A DNA stretch of 64,000 nt from Antedon mediterranea (taxonomy: Eukaryota; Animalia; Echinodermata): assembly GCF_964355755.1 (NCBI RefSeq), contig NC_092676.1, positions 19,362,871 to 19,426,870 on the forward strand, written 5' to 3'. Within the stretch, counting starts at the first letter, position 1; the number at the start of each line of letters is the position of its first letter. Shown here piece after piece: positions 12,632-25,000 of the stretch. The notes beneath the pieces are model-generated. The model had not been told where the DNA came from. It made no database searches and was given only the letters and a program-made list of their open reading frames with translations. The position numbers and the translations under genes were made by a program.

Positions 12632-13242
12632 GGATCTAGATCACATGCCTACCAGCTCTTATTGATGCAGTCTGACCTACAAGATTATACAGAAATGCAG
12701 GGATCAATTTCGATGAAATTTAAATTTTTAAAAGGCATTGAAATACGTAAAAACAAGTTACAAAAGCATGTATTTCAGTTTTACTTACTGCCATAAAAAT
12801 GAAACAATACACAATATATGAACTACTTTATTATATTAAAAAAATCAATAAAACAACGTACGTGAAATAATATGTTAGTGCTCGATCGATGAGCCTAGTT
12901 TAAATATAACAATAATACGAATAATATGGTTACTTCATAATATTTAATAGCTACAAAGTGTCCATATGAACTTAGTATAATTTTGTCATTCATTGCAGTT
13001 CTCTTGCTGGGTGCGACCATAATATATTTTGTGATTAGTGATAAAAACACAAGTAACCAAATATTGTTTATTTTCTATTTTTGTACATTTAAATTTAAAG
13101 GCACAGAGAAATTCTAAACTAAACAGTGGTGTATACATGCTGCAAGCGACTATAATGTATTATGTGATTAATGATGAAACATATAAGTAACTAAGAACTT
13201 CTTGTTTATTTCTATTTTATACATTTAAATGTATAGAGAAAC

Positions 13243-13262
13243 CATGGAGGTATACCTCCATG
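13243..13262. mobile_element. P-superfamily-like excision footprint (20-bp palindrome)
   Basis: CATGGAGGTATACCTCCATG flanked by the 7-bp direct repeat GAGAAAC (13236-13242 and 13263-13269). Confidence 0.7.
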
Positions 13263-13519
13263 GAGAAACTAACCTGCCAGGTGGTATACTTGTTAATAAA
13301 TTTTGCAAATGTATAAATAATGTAATACAGTATATATTAAAAGAAGTTACGCATCCTAACCCATAGATTAAATGTTGTCTTTTTTTTAATTCAAATATAC
13401 CACTATAAGTTAAAAAATTACCCTGCAAACAATGTCAATCACAATGTACAGTCATTTAAATAATGGTGTTTTGTCTGCTGCTTGCAATCATACATTCAAT
13501 AACCATATATTTATTTATA

Positions 13520-13710
13520 TATATATAAATCCAAAGGCAAATTACTGAAAAAAATGACAATGCTGTGGGTATCAGTGGCTGGATCTCAATGGAGATACAA
13601 AAAAAAAGCGAAAAGCTAAATCAAAACGATAAATAAACAGCCAGAAAAGTTAGCAGAGCTTTCGGGCAACACTAGCCCTTCATCAGTGCAAGTGAGTGAA
13701 TTTTGATAAA
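13520..13710 (-). mobile_element. Penelope-like/retrozyme-type short repeat between (TA)n tracts
   Basis: Carries a hammerhead core. Homologous to 26145-26410 in the opposite orientation. Confidence 0.65.
13651..13692 (-). ncRNA. Minimal type I hammerhead ribozyme
   Basis: Minus strand reads GCA-CUGAUGA-a-GGGC(uaguguu)GCCC-GAAA-GC-UC-UGC: intact core boxes, 4-bp stem II, GCA/UGC stem I, and vestigial palindromic stem III (AGCU). Confidence 0.7.
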
Positions 13711-15348
13711 GTCATATATATATATATGACACCATAAAATAACAATATGACTCAAATTTAGATAATGAAAAGGTATATGAAGCATGCAGATAAACAACTA
13801 TGACTGTACAGGCCTTAGTAGCTGCAGGGAAGAGTGTAATTTCATTGTAGTGTCACACAAACGTTTGAGTCGGCCAAATACAATGTGTGAATTCATCAAC
13901 GGCGCAGATCCGTTTAATACTAGTGATAGGCCTAATTATTACTTAATACTCAATTACTAATTATTAACACATAGCTAAGCATGTTCAGGCCAAAGGTGAA
14001 AGTATAATGAAATCATTACAAATGAAAGCACTCTCAAACATATTTAACAAACATTTAATTTAGAACGAAATAAGAACAAAAATATAATGTAATATAGTCC
14101 AGACCCGGTTATTAATAATAATTTTCAATGTTTTTTCCTATTTGTTTCTCTAACTGTAGGCCTAATAGGGCCCTATTGAATTTGAAAATAAGCTGGTAGT
14201 GGATCGTCATGAGTGTTTCGTATTTGTAAAACACACATTCATTTTTTTTTATTAGTAGGCCTATTATAGCCATCTGGATACAACCGTACAATCAATCATT
14301 AGAAACAAATTGTTAGGCCTAAATAAGCAATATATGCAAAACAGAGCTACATTTTAAGACTAAAATCAGCAGGAAATAATTTAATGTTAGGCCTGAAATT
14401 TAAATGTTTTTATATATTGTTTAAACCTCAGCTCTGGAGCCCCGGTGTAAATTCCAACATTTTGATTTATATCTACTGCAAGGAAATAGAGTTTACTGGT
14501 TGTGATCATGTGACATTTGCATAAATTATGAAGTTATTATTTCCTCGTTCAGGTTTTGTTTTAAAACTATGTTAAACTCTTTAATAAGATTGCTAATTGC
14601 TATAATATTAGAAAATAAAACACTAGGCCCTATTGCCGTTTGCCATGTTTTAGGCCTCTTTGCCTTTTTGTGTTTTAGACCGACAGACCTTCTTGTTTGG
14701 TAAGTAGGCCACACTAACCTGTTTTCACACTAGGCTATTTTTGTTCGCACAAATCAAAGAGTTGACTAATGCGCATGCGTTTTCATATTTTCATCTAATT
14801 ATATGACGATGAAAATTACACAACCAATCAGAACTCAGAAATTTGCTCAATTGTTCGTATATAGTGCAAACAGGCTTTACCAGGGACTATTTTGACGTAA
14901 GTAGGTCTACTTATACAGGTATGTTCGGTTCAATTGAAATCGGTTGAAATTACCAGAATCTATTTTTATAATAGAAGTATTAATAATTTCATTATAAATA
15001 TTAATCGTGGACAGAGTTTGCAATTTTATACTCATCATTAGGCTAAGTGTCTCTTAAATGCGGTCAACATCCTTTCAGTGGTGCCTCTTGAGCCTTGGTA
15101 GTGGTGCCGCGTTGCTCTAATTTCTTCCTGCCATTTTTTATTTTGATTGATGTCCACACGATACGAATAATATATGTAGTTTAATTATGAATTTTATAAT
15201 ATACGGGTTACAATGTTGATATTTCGTTCATTTTCATGTTCAACTGATAATTCTTGTTTATGGGCCTATTTTATACATAATTTTCCATTTGTTTGGTCTT
15301 CCAATATTGTTCACATGATAACAAGCTGAGTGGTTCGATGTAAGCATA

Positions 15349-18300
15349 CTAGGGTGAACGCTTTATACAACAGCACAACCTGCTAAAGAATCCTCTGTCA
15401 GGCTCAGGAGGAGCTTGTGGTTCCGTACCCTGCAAGCAATAAGAAAAGAGTATGAACATTAGTTAGTAAACCTAAATAACTGTACTCCATATACAAAGAA
15501 AATTTAGATTTGATACAATCAGTTTGTTATTTTAAAGTTGTTCAGGTTTCATAAGGTGTGGCATACCGAATTTATGGGTTTCCCTTGATGCGTATTTTTT
15601 TATCTAATATTATTTACGGAATTTACCCAAACAAATATGATACAGCAGTTCACACAAATCCCAGAAAAACATGATTAAACAATAACTAAAATAACAGCCC
15701 ATTACGAATAGTAAATACCAGATAATTACATTACATAACATTGTCATTTATAGCGCCTTTACAACGATCAAAGCGCTTTCTAGTGAAGATATATAGGCCT
15801 AGGAGAAAAGGTGTGTGTCGTGTTTAAAAGTTCGATGAGTTGCATTTGTTTTAGTGACGTTATTCCACATAGTCGGGCCAAGCTTTGAAAATTTTTAACT
15901 TTTTAACTTTTATACAATCAGAATGTTCAGATAGCAATTGTATTTTTAAAACACTTTTAAAATAAATAAAACGATCGGTGAACATTAAGGGAAAAACATC
16001 GCGTTCAGATTTAGACCAGTACGACCAGAGAAGAGTGAAATTAAGTTAATTTCAATCTTAATTGAAAATATAAATAGAATTTTACTTTTGATAGTTACAC
16101 CGATTAATGATGTCACGATAATTTTTTCCCATAAAAATTATCATAATATTTAAGTTATCGAACTTATTCAATCATGATATCTGCATAGACTCAAAACACT
16201 ATTGACGTACGTAAATGACGTCGCATAGTTACCGTACAACATGAATGTAAATACTAAGTTTTTTATACTTGATGAATGGTATAAAAATATGAAAGCTTAT
16301 TTATTATAACATCTCTTAAAACTCGATTACATCAAGCAAACTTCCTAATATATTGCATTGTTTTTTTAAATATATGTATTTAGGCCTACTTCGACGAATT
16401 TAATTTAGCTTTATAGAAGATAAAATTCGAGTACTGTATTAGGTACATAAGCCTATACTCTTTCAAAAAATGTATCTTTTATATTTACTGAGAAAGTAAG
16501 ATAAAAGCCTATAATGTGAATTTTGGGCCGTATAGAACCAAAGCTACCGAATCTTCACTTTAATTTTTAAGTTTTTATAGGCCTTTTATTAATATGTGGT
16601 TAATGATACCAACCAATCCAGTGACTAAGCGGTACATTTTTGATTCAGGCAGAGTGGAACAGGCCTATAGAAATTATGAAATTTTGATTTATGTTATATA
16701 CACTAAACCTCCTAGTGGTAACCTTTGCAATGTATGCACAGGTCTACACTTACAATGAGGCCTTGTTTAACATTTGAAACATGGTTTTTAAAATTAGTAA
16801 AGGCATCCGCATTTTCAACCATATTTTGTAACTCGACCTGATATATATTTTAAGTACACTGAGAATCGGGTATAGCTTATGGCATGCTTGTGCACTCAAC
16901 AGTCAAAATTATTTCTTTATACTAATTTAAATATTATTATGATTGTATTACACTGAATGTATCTATTTTTATTGTCATCGTTTTTGTTTTATTATTATTA
17001 TTTTTATTATTATTTTTATATTATTTTAAGTAGTAAATTTTATTAGTTTATATGTATGTGTATTGTTTCTGTGGTCTTTCTCGAGACAACTTGATTTCTT
17101 CTAGAGAAGACCCCAAATGATGGCTTATTACCATGTGTTCATTTAAATAATGTACACACCTATGTTAAACTGTACAATAATATGCCATTATTGAATAAAC
17201 AAATGTTTTTTGAACTTGAACTTTACAAGTTTATTAAATGTGGGTCTACTTGAAAGACTGAACCATTGTCTACTCAATTAAATTAAAGATATTTGTCACA
17301 GATTATTACTTGTTTGAAACGGTTCTATTCACTTGGCTGCTACCTAATTAAGTACACAGGACGAGAAACATGCAAATGCAGTACAGTAAAAAAGGATCAA
17401 GAGTGTAATTTCACTCTTTCATTCTTTTACTTTACAGAACAATGTTTCGGTTTCATTAGCCAATAAGTCAGTAAAAGTTTCTATTCTGGTTTTTTAAAAC
17501 TAAAATACCAAAAGAAAGCTACAACATCCTTTAAACATCGTTGGTTGACGAAGGTCTAACTGAATATTGTTCATCTAATCATAATTCATCCAATTCATAT
17601 TCCGTGGCATAATATTTCAGGTTCATTATAATATCCAATAAGTCAGTAATAAGATTCTGTTTCTGTTTCTTTTACTGACATATAATAACACAATTTCTTT
17701 AAAAATCTTTGTTTTGACGAAGGTAACTAAACTGAATATTTTTAATCTGATCATAATTACCGTGGCATAACCTTTGTATCATAGGCCTATTCACAATATG
17801 TTTCGGGTATTCACTATAGTCAATCAGTACAGTAATAAGTTTCTGTTTCTGTTTCATTTATTAATACCAAAATCACAGGCTGAATTAAATTACAATGTAT
17901 GCTGCAACACAATTTCTTATATTTGATTGATTTTTTGTATTTTCAATCTTTCGACAATCAGAAACAAAAAAGTTAAACGGGGCTGGCTGTCGAGGTAAAG
18001 CAAACGTTTAAAAAAACTGTCATCAAAAGATGTGCTTAACCAAATCTACGTCAACAATACAGATCAACAAACAAAATTCAAAACAAAACATAAAACCAAA
18101 AAATACTGTGCTAAAATTACATTGGAGAAAGATTATAAAATATTAGATGCTTATATTATAGAAAAAGGATTATTGTACATTAGAGATTGATTTATAAAAA
18201 TATAATCGTTGGACTAACAACTATAGGCTTATATTTCACGTGTTTTCTCGGTTTATACTGGTTCCAATTTAAAAGTAAAATGACATCAGTTCTAATCCAA

Positions 18301-20984
18301 TTAGATTCCCCCTTTTGTATCCCGAGCGTGATATAAGGATTACTGCCGATGTTATTAATTTAGATTTTGAAAATTCATTTTGATATTATTTTCAAAAAAA
18401 ATGCATAAACCAAATTGAACGTAGACCTATAATTTCGGTTGAAACTCGGCGCAATCAAATATGTTCAGTGCATGTCTACTATCGCAACAATTCTGACACT
18501 GAATGGGCCTACACAATTTTGAGAGATTTGCAATTCGCAAATATTTCACTGCTCACATCATCTCAGACGATAGATAGATAGATGAGTACCAGTAGTTGAG
18601 TTGTCGAGTTGCGCAAATGCCAACTTTATGTCTGCTGGTGATGCTTCAACCGAAGTTGTTCAGAGGAGCATGCCTCACATACCAACCTCTCAAGTTAGAT
18701 TAGTATCTAAATGATGTTAGATACGTAAAAGGAAATAAACTAACGTCCATGTATGCTCGTTAATATGACGATTGACTAGGATACGTAGTGAGCAATGTGG
18801 CGCTAGGTCGATTAGTAATGAATAATGATTTTGAGGAATGAATTATCATGAATGAACGTAAGAATGGGAAGGGTGGAGGGTGGAGGTGTAAGTGAGTGAG
18901 TGAAATCAATGACAGGATGATAAAGGAATGAAAGAATAGGCGACCAGATGAATAAATGTATACTGTAATGAATGAACGAATGTACGAATGAGAAGTGGGG
19001 TAGTGAGTTAGTGAAATCATGGAGGTATACCGTATAATATACCTCCATGGTGAAATGAATTAAAGGATGATAGCAGAATGAAAGAATAGGCGACAAATGA
19101 ATGTACTAATGAATAAACGAATGTACAAATGAATTTTAGATTAAACGACTAAATGTAAAAATCAATGAACGAATATCACTTACAGAATTAATCTAATAAC
19201 TGTAGACTTACGATAAAATGTATACACGTGTTAAATGAACAGAGGTGATATAACACGCTTTTATGAGAAGAAACAAAATCGAATTTAATGCAATAACAGA
19301 ATGAAAACTAAGTAGATCTGGTAAACTAATCATATTATATGGAAACTGCGACAGAGATAATAATGTTTTATTAATCCATAAATCATTATGAATATACATA
19401 TGTTAATTAGGTGGATAGTAGAGTGTTTAAAAGTGATGACAATGCGTGGTGCTATTATTGGGAATACTGTATCCCATGGGCCATTTGCCGGATTTTTAAT
19501 TGCACTTAAGATAAAAGAGGTAAAATAATGCCTTGCATACCGCTTCGTACCCCCGTCGAGTTATATTATTGTATTCCTATTGTAGACCTAATATTATTTC
19601 TCAAGAATATTATATAGAGTACTGATAAAGCGATGCATTTAAAACGTTTTCAATGAAGTCAGTACATAATGGTACATATCTACGGAAGCCCGTTCGGACC
19701 ACTAGTCAGCTCTTAAAATAATTATAACTAGTGGCCCGGAACGGGCTTCTGTACATAACTTTCTACCACTGCTATGCTATGAACTGAGCATCATATTCTA
19801 TTTCAAACTCTGTCTACACTATCAAACTATTTTGACAAAAAAAGTGTGCTGTGCCCAATTATGGTAGCAACATGCTTAAATATGGTATTGATGACATCAT
19901 GTCCATATATATATATATATATATATTTAGTCACCGTGTAATGTATGAACATGTACTGTATTATAAAAAGACACAAATTATAGTCATACAATGGATTGCT
20001 GTTACTGTTGATTGAATTACAACAAAAAGGTAACGTGTGTTTGTTGTAGGCTTGACAAAGGAGACAAAATAATCTATAACTATTTCATAACGTATTTAGT
20101 GACCTAGAAATTGATATAAAACGACTTGAGTATTTCGTCATTATGTGTTTTTCTCAAAGATATGTAATCATTACAAAAAAATAGAATTTCTTTCTTTCAT
20201 AGCATACGGTATGTATGTCTATAATATTATTGAAATTAGGCGTTAAATTGTTTTGATATTGAAGAAAGTCAGACTTGTAATTGAGGCGTAATTATGTACG
20301 ATAAATACTATCCTTGGTCAAAATATTACTATTAAACCTGGTCTAGAATTAATATACATGTGACATCCAGTAGGCCTTACAGGCCTAAGTAATCTATAAC
20401 TCATAGGCTCAAGTGTGTGATACTTGATATAAATTATTAATAGAAAAATAACGGTAACGATAACCATGATTTTTATTCAAGAGCATCAATCGACGTTTAC
20501 GTTATATTCCCCCAAACACATTTATTTTAGTTTTAAGTTTGTATTTGTATTGAATAGGCAAAAAGCAGGACGGTCCATACAAACTAGTGACCACTGATTT
20601 CTTTACCAAGTACAAATAAAACAGGTTCAATAAAAACGTATTCATCGCTTTATTATTCAACACATTAACAGCTATTAAACGAATTATAAATAATCCACAG
20701 ACAGATTAGAAATTGTTATTGTGACTATATATCTCTCATATCTATTCCATTAATATGCGCCTGTTTTGCTTGTTGTTTCATAGGCCATGTCAGAATTGTA
20801 TACTGTGCCTAACTATATTTCGTGCGGTAATTTCTAATAATAGTCTAACGCGTACGTGCCTCAAATTAAATTCATTAAATTACTAGTCCTATACGAATAA
20901 GATCTTCCCCAAATATAACATATCCAACATATGCCTACTTACCTCCACCGATGATGGGCCCGTCCTATCTGGATTCTGTGGCAT
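15349..20984 (-). CDS. Candidate 40-aa microprotein MPQNPDRTGPSSVEGTEPQAPPEPDRGFFSRLCCCIKRSP
   Basis: Exon 20984-20943 has AAACAAAATG context and donor GAG|GTAAGT. Exon 15429-15349 has acceptor TCTTTTCTTATTGCTTGCAG|G. They join in phase 0. Both are GC-richer than their flanks. TATA-like (near 21050-21057) and CCAAT (near 21165) motifs lie upstream on the minus strand. Confidence 0.6.
15725..15892 (-). mobile_element. L2/CR1-group LINE 3' fragment
   Basis: Minus strand encodes the degenerate FSKLGPTMWNN ORF2 C-terminal motif, followed by AAAGCGCTTTG..GGCGCTATAAATG and a (TGTAA)-type tail. Confidence 0.55.
17435..17870. repeat. Three diverged tandem repeats of about 190 bp
   Basis: CCAAT(A/C)AGT..CAGTAA..TTCT(A/G)TT.CTG recurs near 17460, 17636 and 17820. 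Confidence 0.65.
19018..19049. mobile_element. P-superfamily-like excision footprint (32 bp)
   Basis: CATGGAGGTATA-ccgtataa-TATACCTCCATG flanked by 7-bp GTGAAAT (19011-19017 and 19050-19056). The paralogous repeat near 18900 has a single GTGAAAT. Confidence 0.72.
19679..19755. repeat. Short inverted repeat or collapsed MITE
   Basis: TACGGAAGCCCGTTCGGACCACTAGT ... ACTAGTGGCCCGGAACGGGCTTCTGTA. Confidence 0.65.
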
Positions 20985-22060
20985 TTTGTTTAAAGGACAG
21001 TGAACAAAAACTATACGAACAACTGTTACAACTAACTAACCGAACGTGATATATAGTTCCAATTATTTCAGTGCCTGATGATACACCAACGAATATTCTA
21101 TAGATGCCAGTATAGGCCTACTCAACATGAATATACACGGGTGTGTTCACACACGTCACACACATTGGCTCTTTGCGCAATGCACCATACACCAAACTGG
21201 TTTTTAACACGGATGTGTGTCCACACACTGAACTTTCATGACACAGTCGAATAATTTTCTTTTCACGAAGTTAATAATACTATATGAATGGACTTTGATA
21301 ATAGAGATCAACCGACAAGGTTATTGTGACAATGTAAATAATACCCCTCTGATCTTGAGTGGTGAATATATGAAAATACTACAGTATCTCCAAGTACACA
21401 CACGAGCGGAACGAAAAGCGGCAGCAACAACTACGACCAGAGCGGAAACAGCTCACCAAATGTTTAAACATTAAGATCTATTAAGTCTTAGTAAAAAGTG
21501 TAATGTGAAACATACTCTAAAATATTTATGTGCACTTATTGCACTTAAGACATGAGCATATGTATTTCTATATATGTGTTGGGGTTAGGGTGTCCCCCAA
21601 TAGGAGTTTCTCATGGAAAGGTAGGGTTCTACTGCATATTTTTGTATGTGGTTAAAAATAAGGAAATTATTATAAACTAGCCTTTCCCAAGTTCTTTGAA
21701 CAATAAATTAACACTCCTCAAAACCCATGGCATTGTTTACTGCCATTGGGATCAATAGTACTAGCTACAGGGCTCTTGACAATTCTACAACAAATACTCC
21801 ACAAAATATCGAAACATGAACTGAAACAGAAAGAAATATATTTGAAAAGAAACATTCAGATTTGCAGATACCCAGTATAATAGGAAACAATTGCTAAAAA
21901 TGCACTATTGGCACGCCATACCTTCGTAACGCGGAAGTGCCTTGTCAACAAACGAGCGAAGTTCAAAAACAATATTTTGCAAATATTCCTTTTACATCAT
22001 TATAATTGTATAAAAATGATAAGAAATTCAAAATTTATGTTTGAGAAAATAGAGTTTTGT

Positions 22061-25000
22061 ATGGTACCACGTGTCTACCACCTTTTCGGCTCTGAATCAG
22101 CATATTTCCGATGTAATTCTTGGCTTTTGCCTAGGCCCTTGTCTAGTCATTGTCCGTTTGTTGTTGGCTCCCGCGAATTATCGGTTTGCTCCACTGCATT
22201 TAAACATTTGAGGTAGGTAGGCATCGGCTTAGACTTTGTGTTTGTTTATTATGATATTTTAAGAGTATACGCTTAATTATCTTTAACTTATCTAGGATAC
22301 CTTCGACGCAAAGAGAATCCTGTAATAATTTCTCAACGTCTACACATAAACCAAGTAAATATTTCAATGAAAACAAATTCAAAGAAGAATTTAAAGAGGC
22401 TACTGGTTACCTGAGGGAAGGCGAGTGTCGGAATGAAATACAAGATGCTGTTGTACATTTAGATCAAGTAAGGCATGTAATATTATTTTGACTTTTTTGA
22501 GTGTGTCATTATGATAAATCCTATCCTATAAAATAATTCCAACTTTTTGTACTGTGTTCTGGGGCAGATTGCTATAAATAAGCAGTCTATATAACTTAAA
22601 CGGTCTTAGCGCTTAGCCGGCTATATTTTGAGCAAGTAGCAAGTAGTCTTTATTATTGCTCTACCACGGTCTAACATGTAAGTGGTCTTTAAAATTAAAG
22701 GCTAATCGAAGGAGTCTTAAAACAGTCTTAAACTTCTCTTTTTGAATTGAGCAAGCATGACAAAGTTTACCTTATTTTGTGTTCTACACGTAAAGTACGT
22801 GACGCCCTAAATTTGGTACTGTACGTAGTCTTAGTTAAGACTGTTTTATAGCAATACACCCCTGCTCTGTCCATACATGGATTAAAGAATAGAAGGATAT
22901 GCATCGACGGTGACATCAAACGATTTTACAACGCGCTTGCCTATACTAAAGCACTGCTGCCAATCAAACAAACACGCTCATTGAACTCTGTGTCTCTAAC
23001 CGCGGCCCTCTGTAAAACGCTGCGAATCAACTGTTACATTTTTTGAGACCAAAACGTAACCATGTAGAAATCGTATGCGCAGTCTGAATGTTCTATTGAC
23101 ATGTCTGCGTCGATGATTAATTGACAACAAAAATATATTGCTGAATAATTCTGTTTTAGTTTCATCACAATCGGACTACGAAAAGTTCACTTTCTTACGA
23201 CTGGTAATTTTAAGTAGTTGGTAATATTAATAAAATATGCAATTTTTATATTTGAATTATCATTATTTGCCTGCCATCTTCTGTCATTAAAAATTGCGTT
23301 AATCTATAGAATATTAAAATATGCATTTGACCATGTATGTTGTTAGCGTGGCCGGTGTTCACCCATACAACAATCGTGTTTTTAATATATGGCTAAGCAG
23401 TGGTTTCTTCATAAATCTTCTTAATTACCGATGTGATTATATTTAAATTGTAGTGCCTGGTGATTGGCTAGTGGTTATGTCATCCACATCACATCCAATC
23501 ACCGGGTCTAATTGAATGAAAACAGAAAAGCATTTTTTTCATTTATTCTCAGAATTACAAAGAAAGTTAACCAATGAATTAACAAAATCGTGCCAATGAC
23601 ATTGGGTTTATAGTGAGTTGAATCATGCTGATTGATTGAAATATATATTTATACTGGGTAACCTCTTCAGTCAAAGACTGGTCTCCTAGAGGGCCCAGTT
23701 GGTGATCCGTGGCTGTGATGTACTAATACACCGGGGTAACCCCCTACTCGTCTCGAAAGATGTACTAGGTTCTTTAAAGTGCACACGAGCTAGATGTGTA
23801 CACTGGACCTACAGTTTATAGTCCTTATCCGAGAAGACTCGTTCTACCACCAGAACCATGGAGTGAGTGAGCCTCGAACCCCTGCCGATGTTATGGCTAC
23901 GTAATTACGGTTCCACTATCTTAACCGCTCGGCCACTCACTCACTCATGCTGATTGATAAAAATGCAGTCAGTTTTCTGTGTAGTAGTGTGTTTAATTGC
24001 ATGTTCAGTAAATAAATCATCACTTCTTAAATGTATCTTTCAGATGATTGATTACAACGTGTTTGGAGGTAAAATGAATCGTGCAATGATAGTTTTAAGT
24101 TCCTTCAATCTACTAGCATCACCAGATCAATTGACAGACAAAAACCAACAGAAAGCTGTTTTATTAGGCTGGTGTGTTGAGTTGGTAAGGAGTATAATGT
24201 TTGATGTTTTAAGTAATAGTAATAATTATATCACACTTTTGCACAGTAATATAATGTGTTTAGAGATATTATAAGATATATTATTTCACCTGGCATTGTT
24301 TACTATGAAAATCTGATGCCTAAGTATTTCTTAAATAGCGCCCTCAGTTTGTAAAGTACCAAACAAAATTATAGCACCCTCTACTGTTTGGCTATGCTTT
24401 CATAAAGTCTCCTGATTTGTTTAAAGGTTAGACATCTGACCACATTTATTTCCTACCCCTATTTGTAAATGCCATTTTAACCTTTTTATTTATCAATTTC
24501 TTATATGTTTAGTTACAAGCATGTTTTCTTGTTGCCGATGACATCATGGACCAGTCAACTATGAGGAGAGGGAAACCATGCTGGTATAAAATTGTAATTT
24601 TATGCTTAATTTTGTATTAATGTAGTGTATATAATTTTCAACGTAATGTACATAAAACACTAGTTTCAACTTTTCAGTTTTCATCTTATAATAGCAAACC
24701 AACAGTTAAAGCCACTAGACCTATGTTTTTCGACTACATTTGTTGTAAAAATAATATATGGACCATATAATAGATAGATCATTTTTTGGTCTTTAAATGG
24801 TTAAAAATGTGAAAAATAAGTTGATGTTAATAATTTAAACGGCCCACCATAAATACCGGAATGCATAGCGGATTGTGATGTGATGCACCCACTTTAATCG
24901 ATTGTGAAAGGGTAAACAAATTATAGAAGCATAACTTTTCAGCGAAAAATTGTATTAACAGATTCTGTAGGAAAACTAAGCCAGAAAATTACCTATATAT

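Noticed and set aside
14718-14925. Orphan promoter (GCGCATGCG, CCAAT, splice donors)
   Set aside because: The GC motif lies in a remnant of the MITE seen at 37992-38163, and no downstream exon could be tied to it.
15349-15375. CaaX prenylation signal on the microprotein, which would link it to FDPS and PCYOX1
   Set aside because: The Cys triplet is 6-8 residues from the C-terminus (CCCIKRSP), which is not a CaaX, CC or CxC terminus; palmitoylation fits better.
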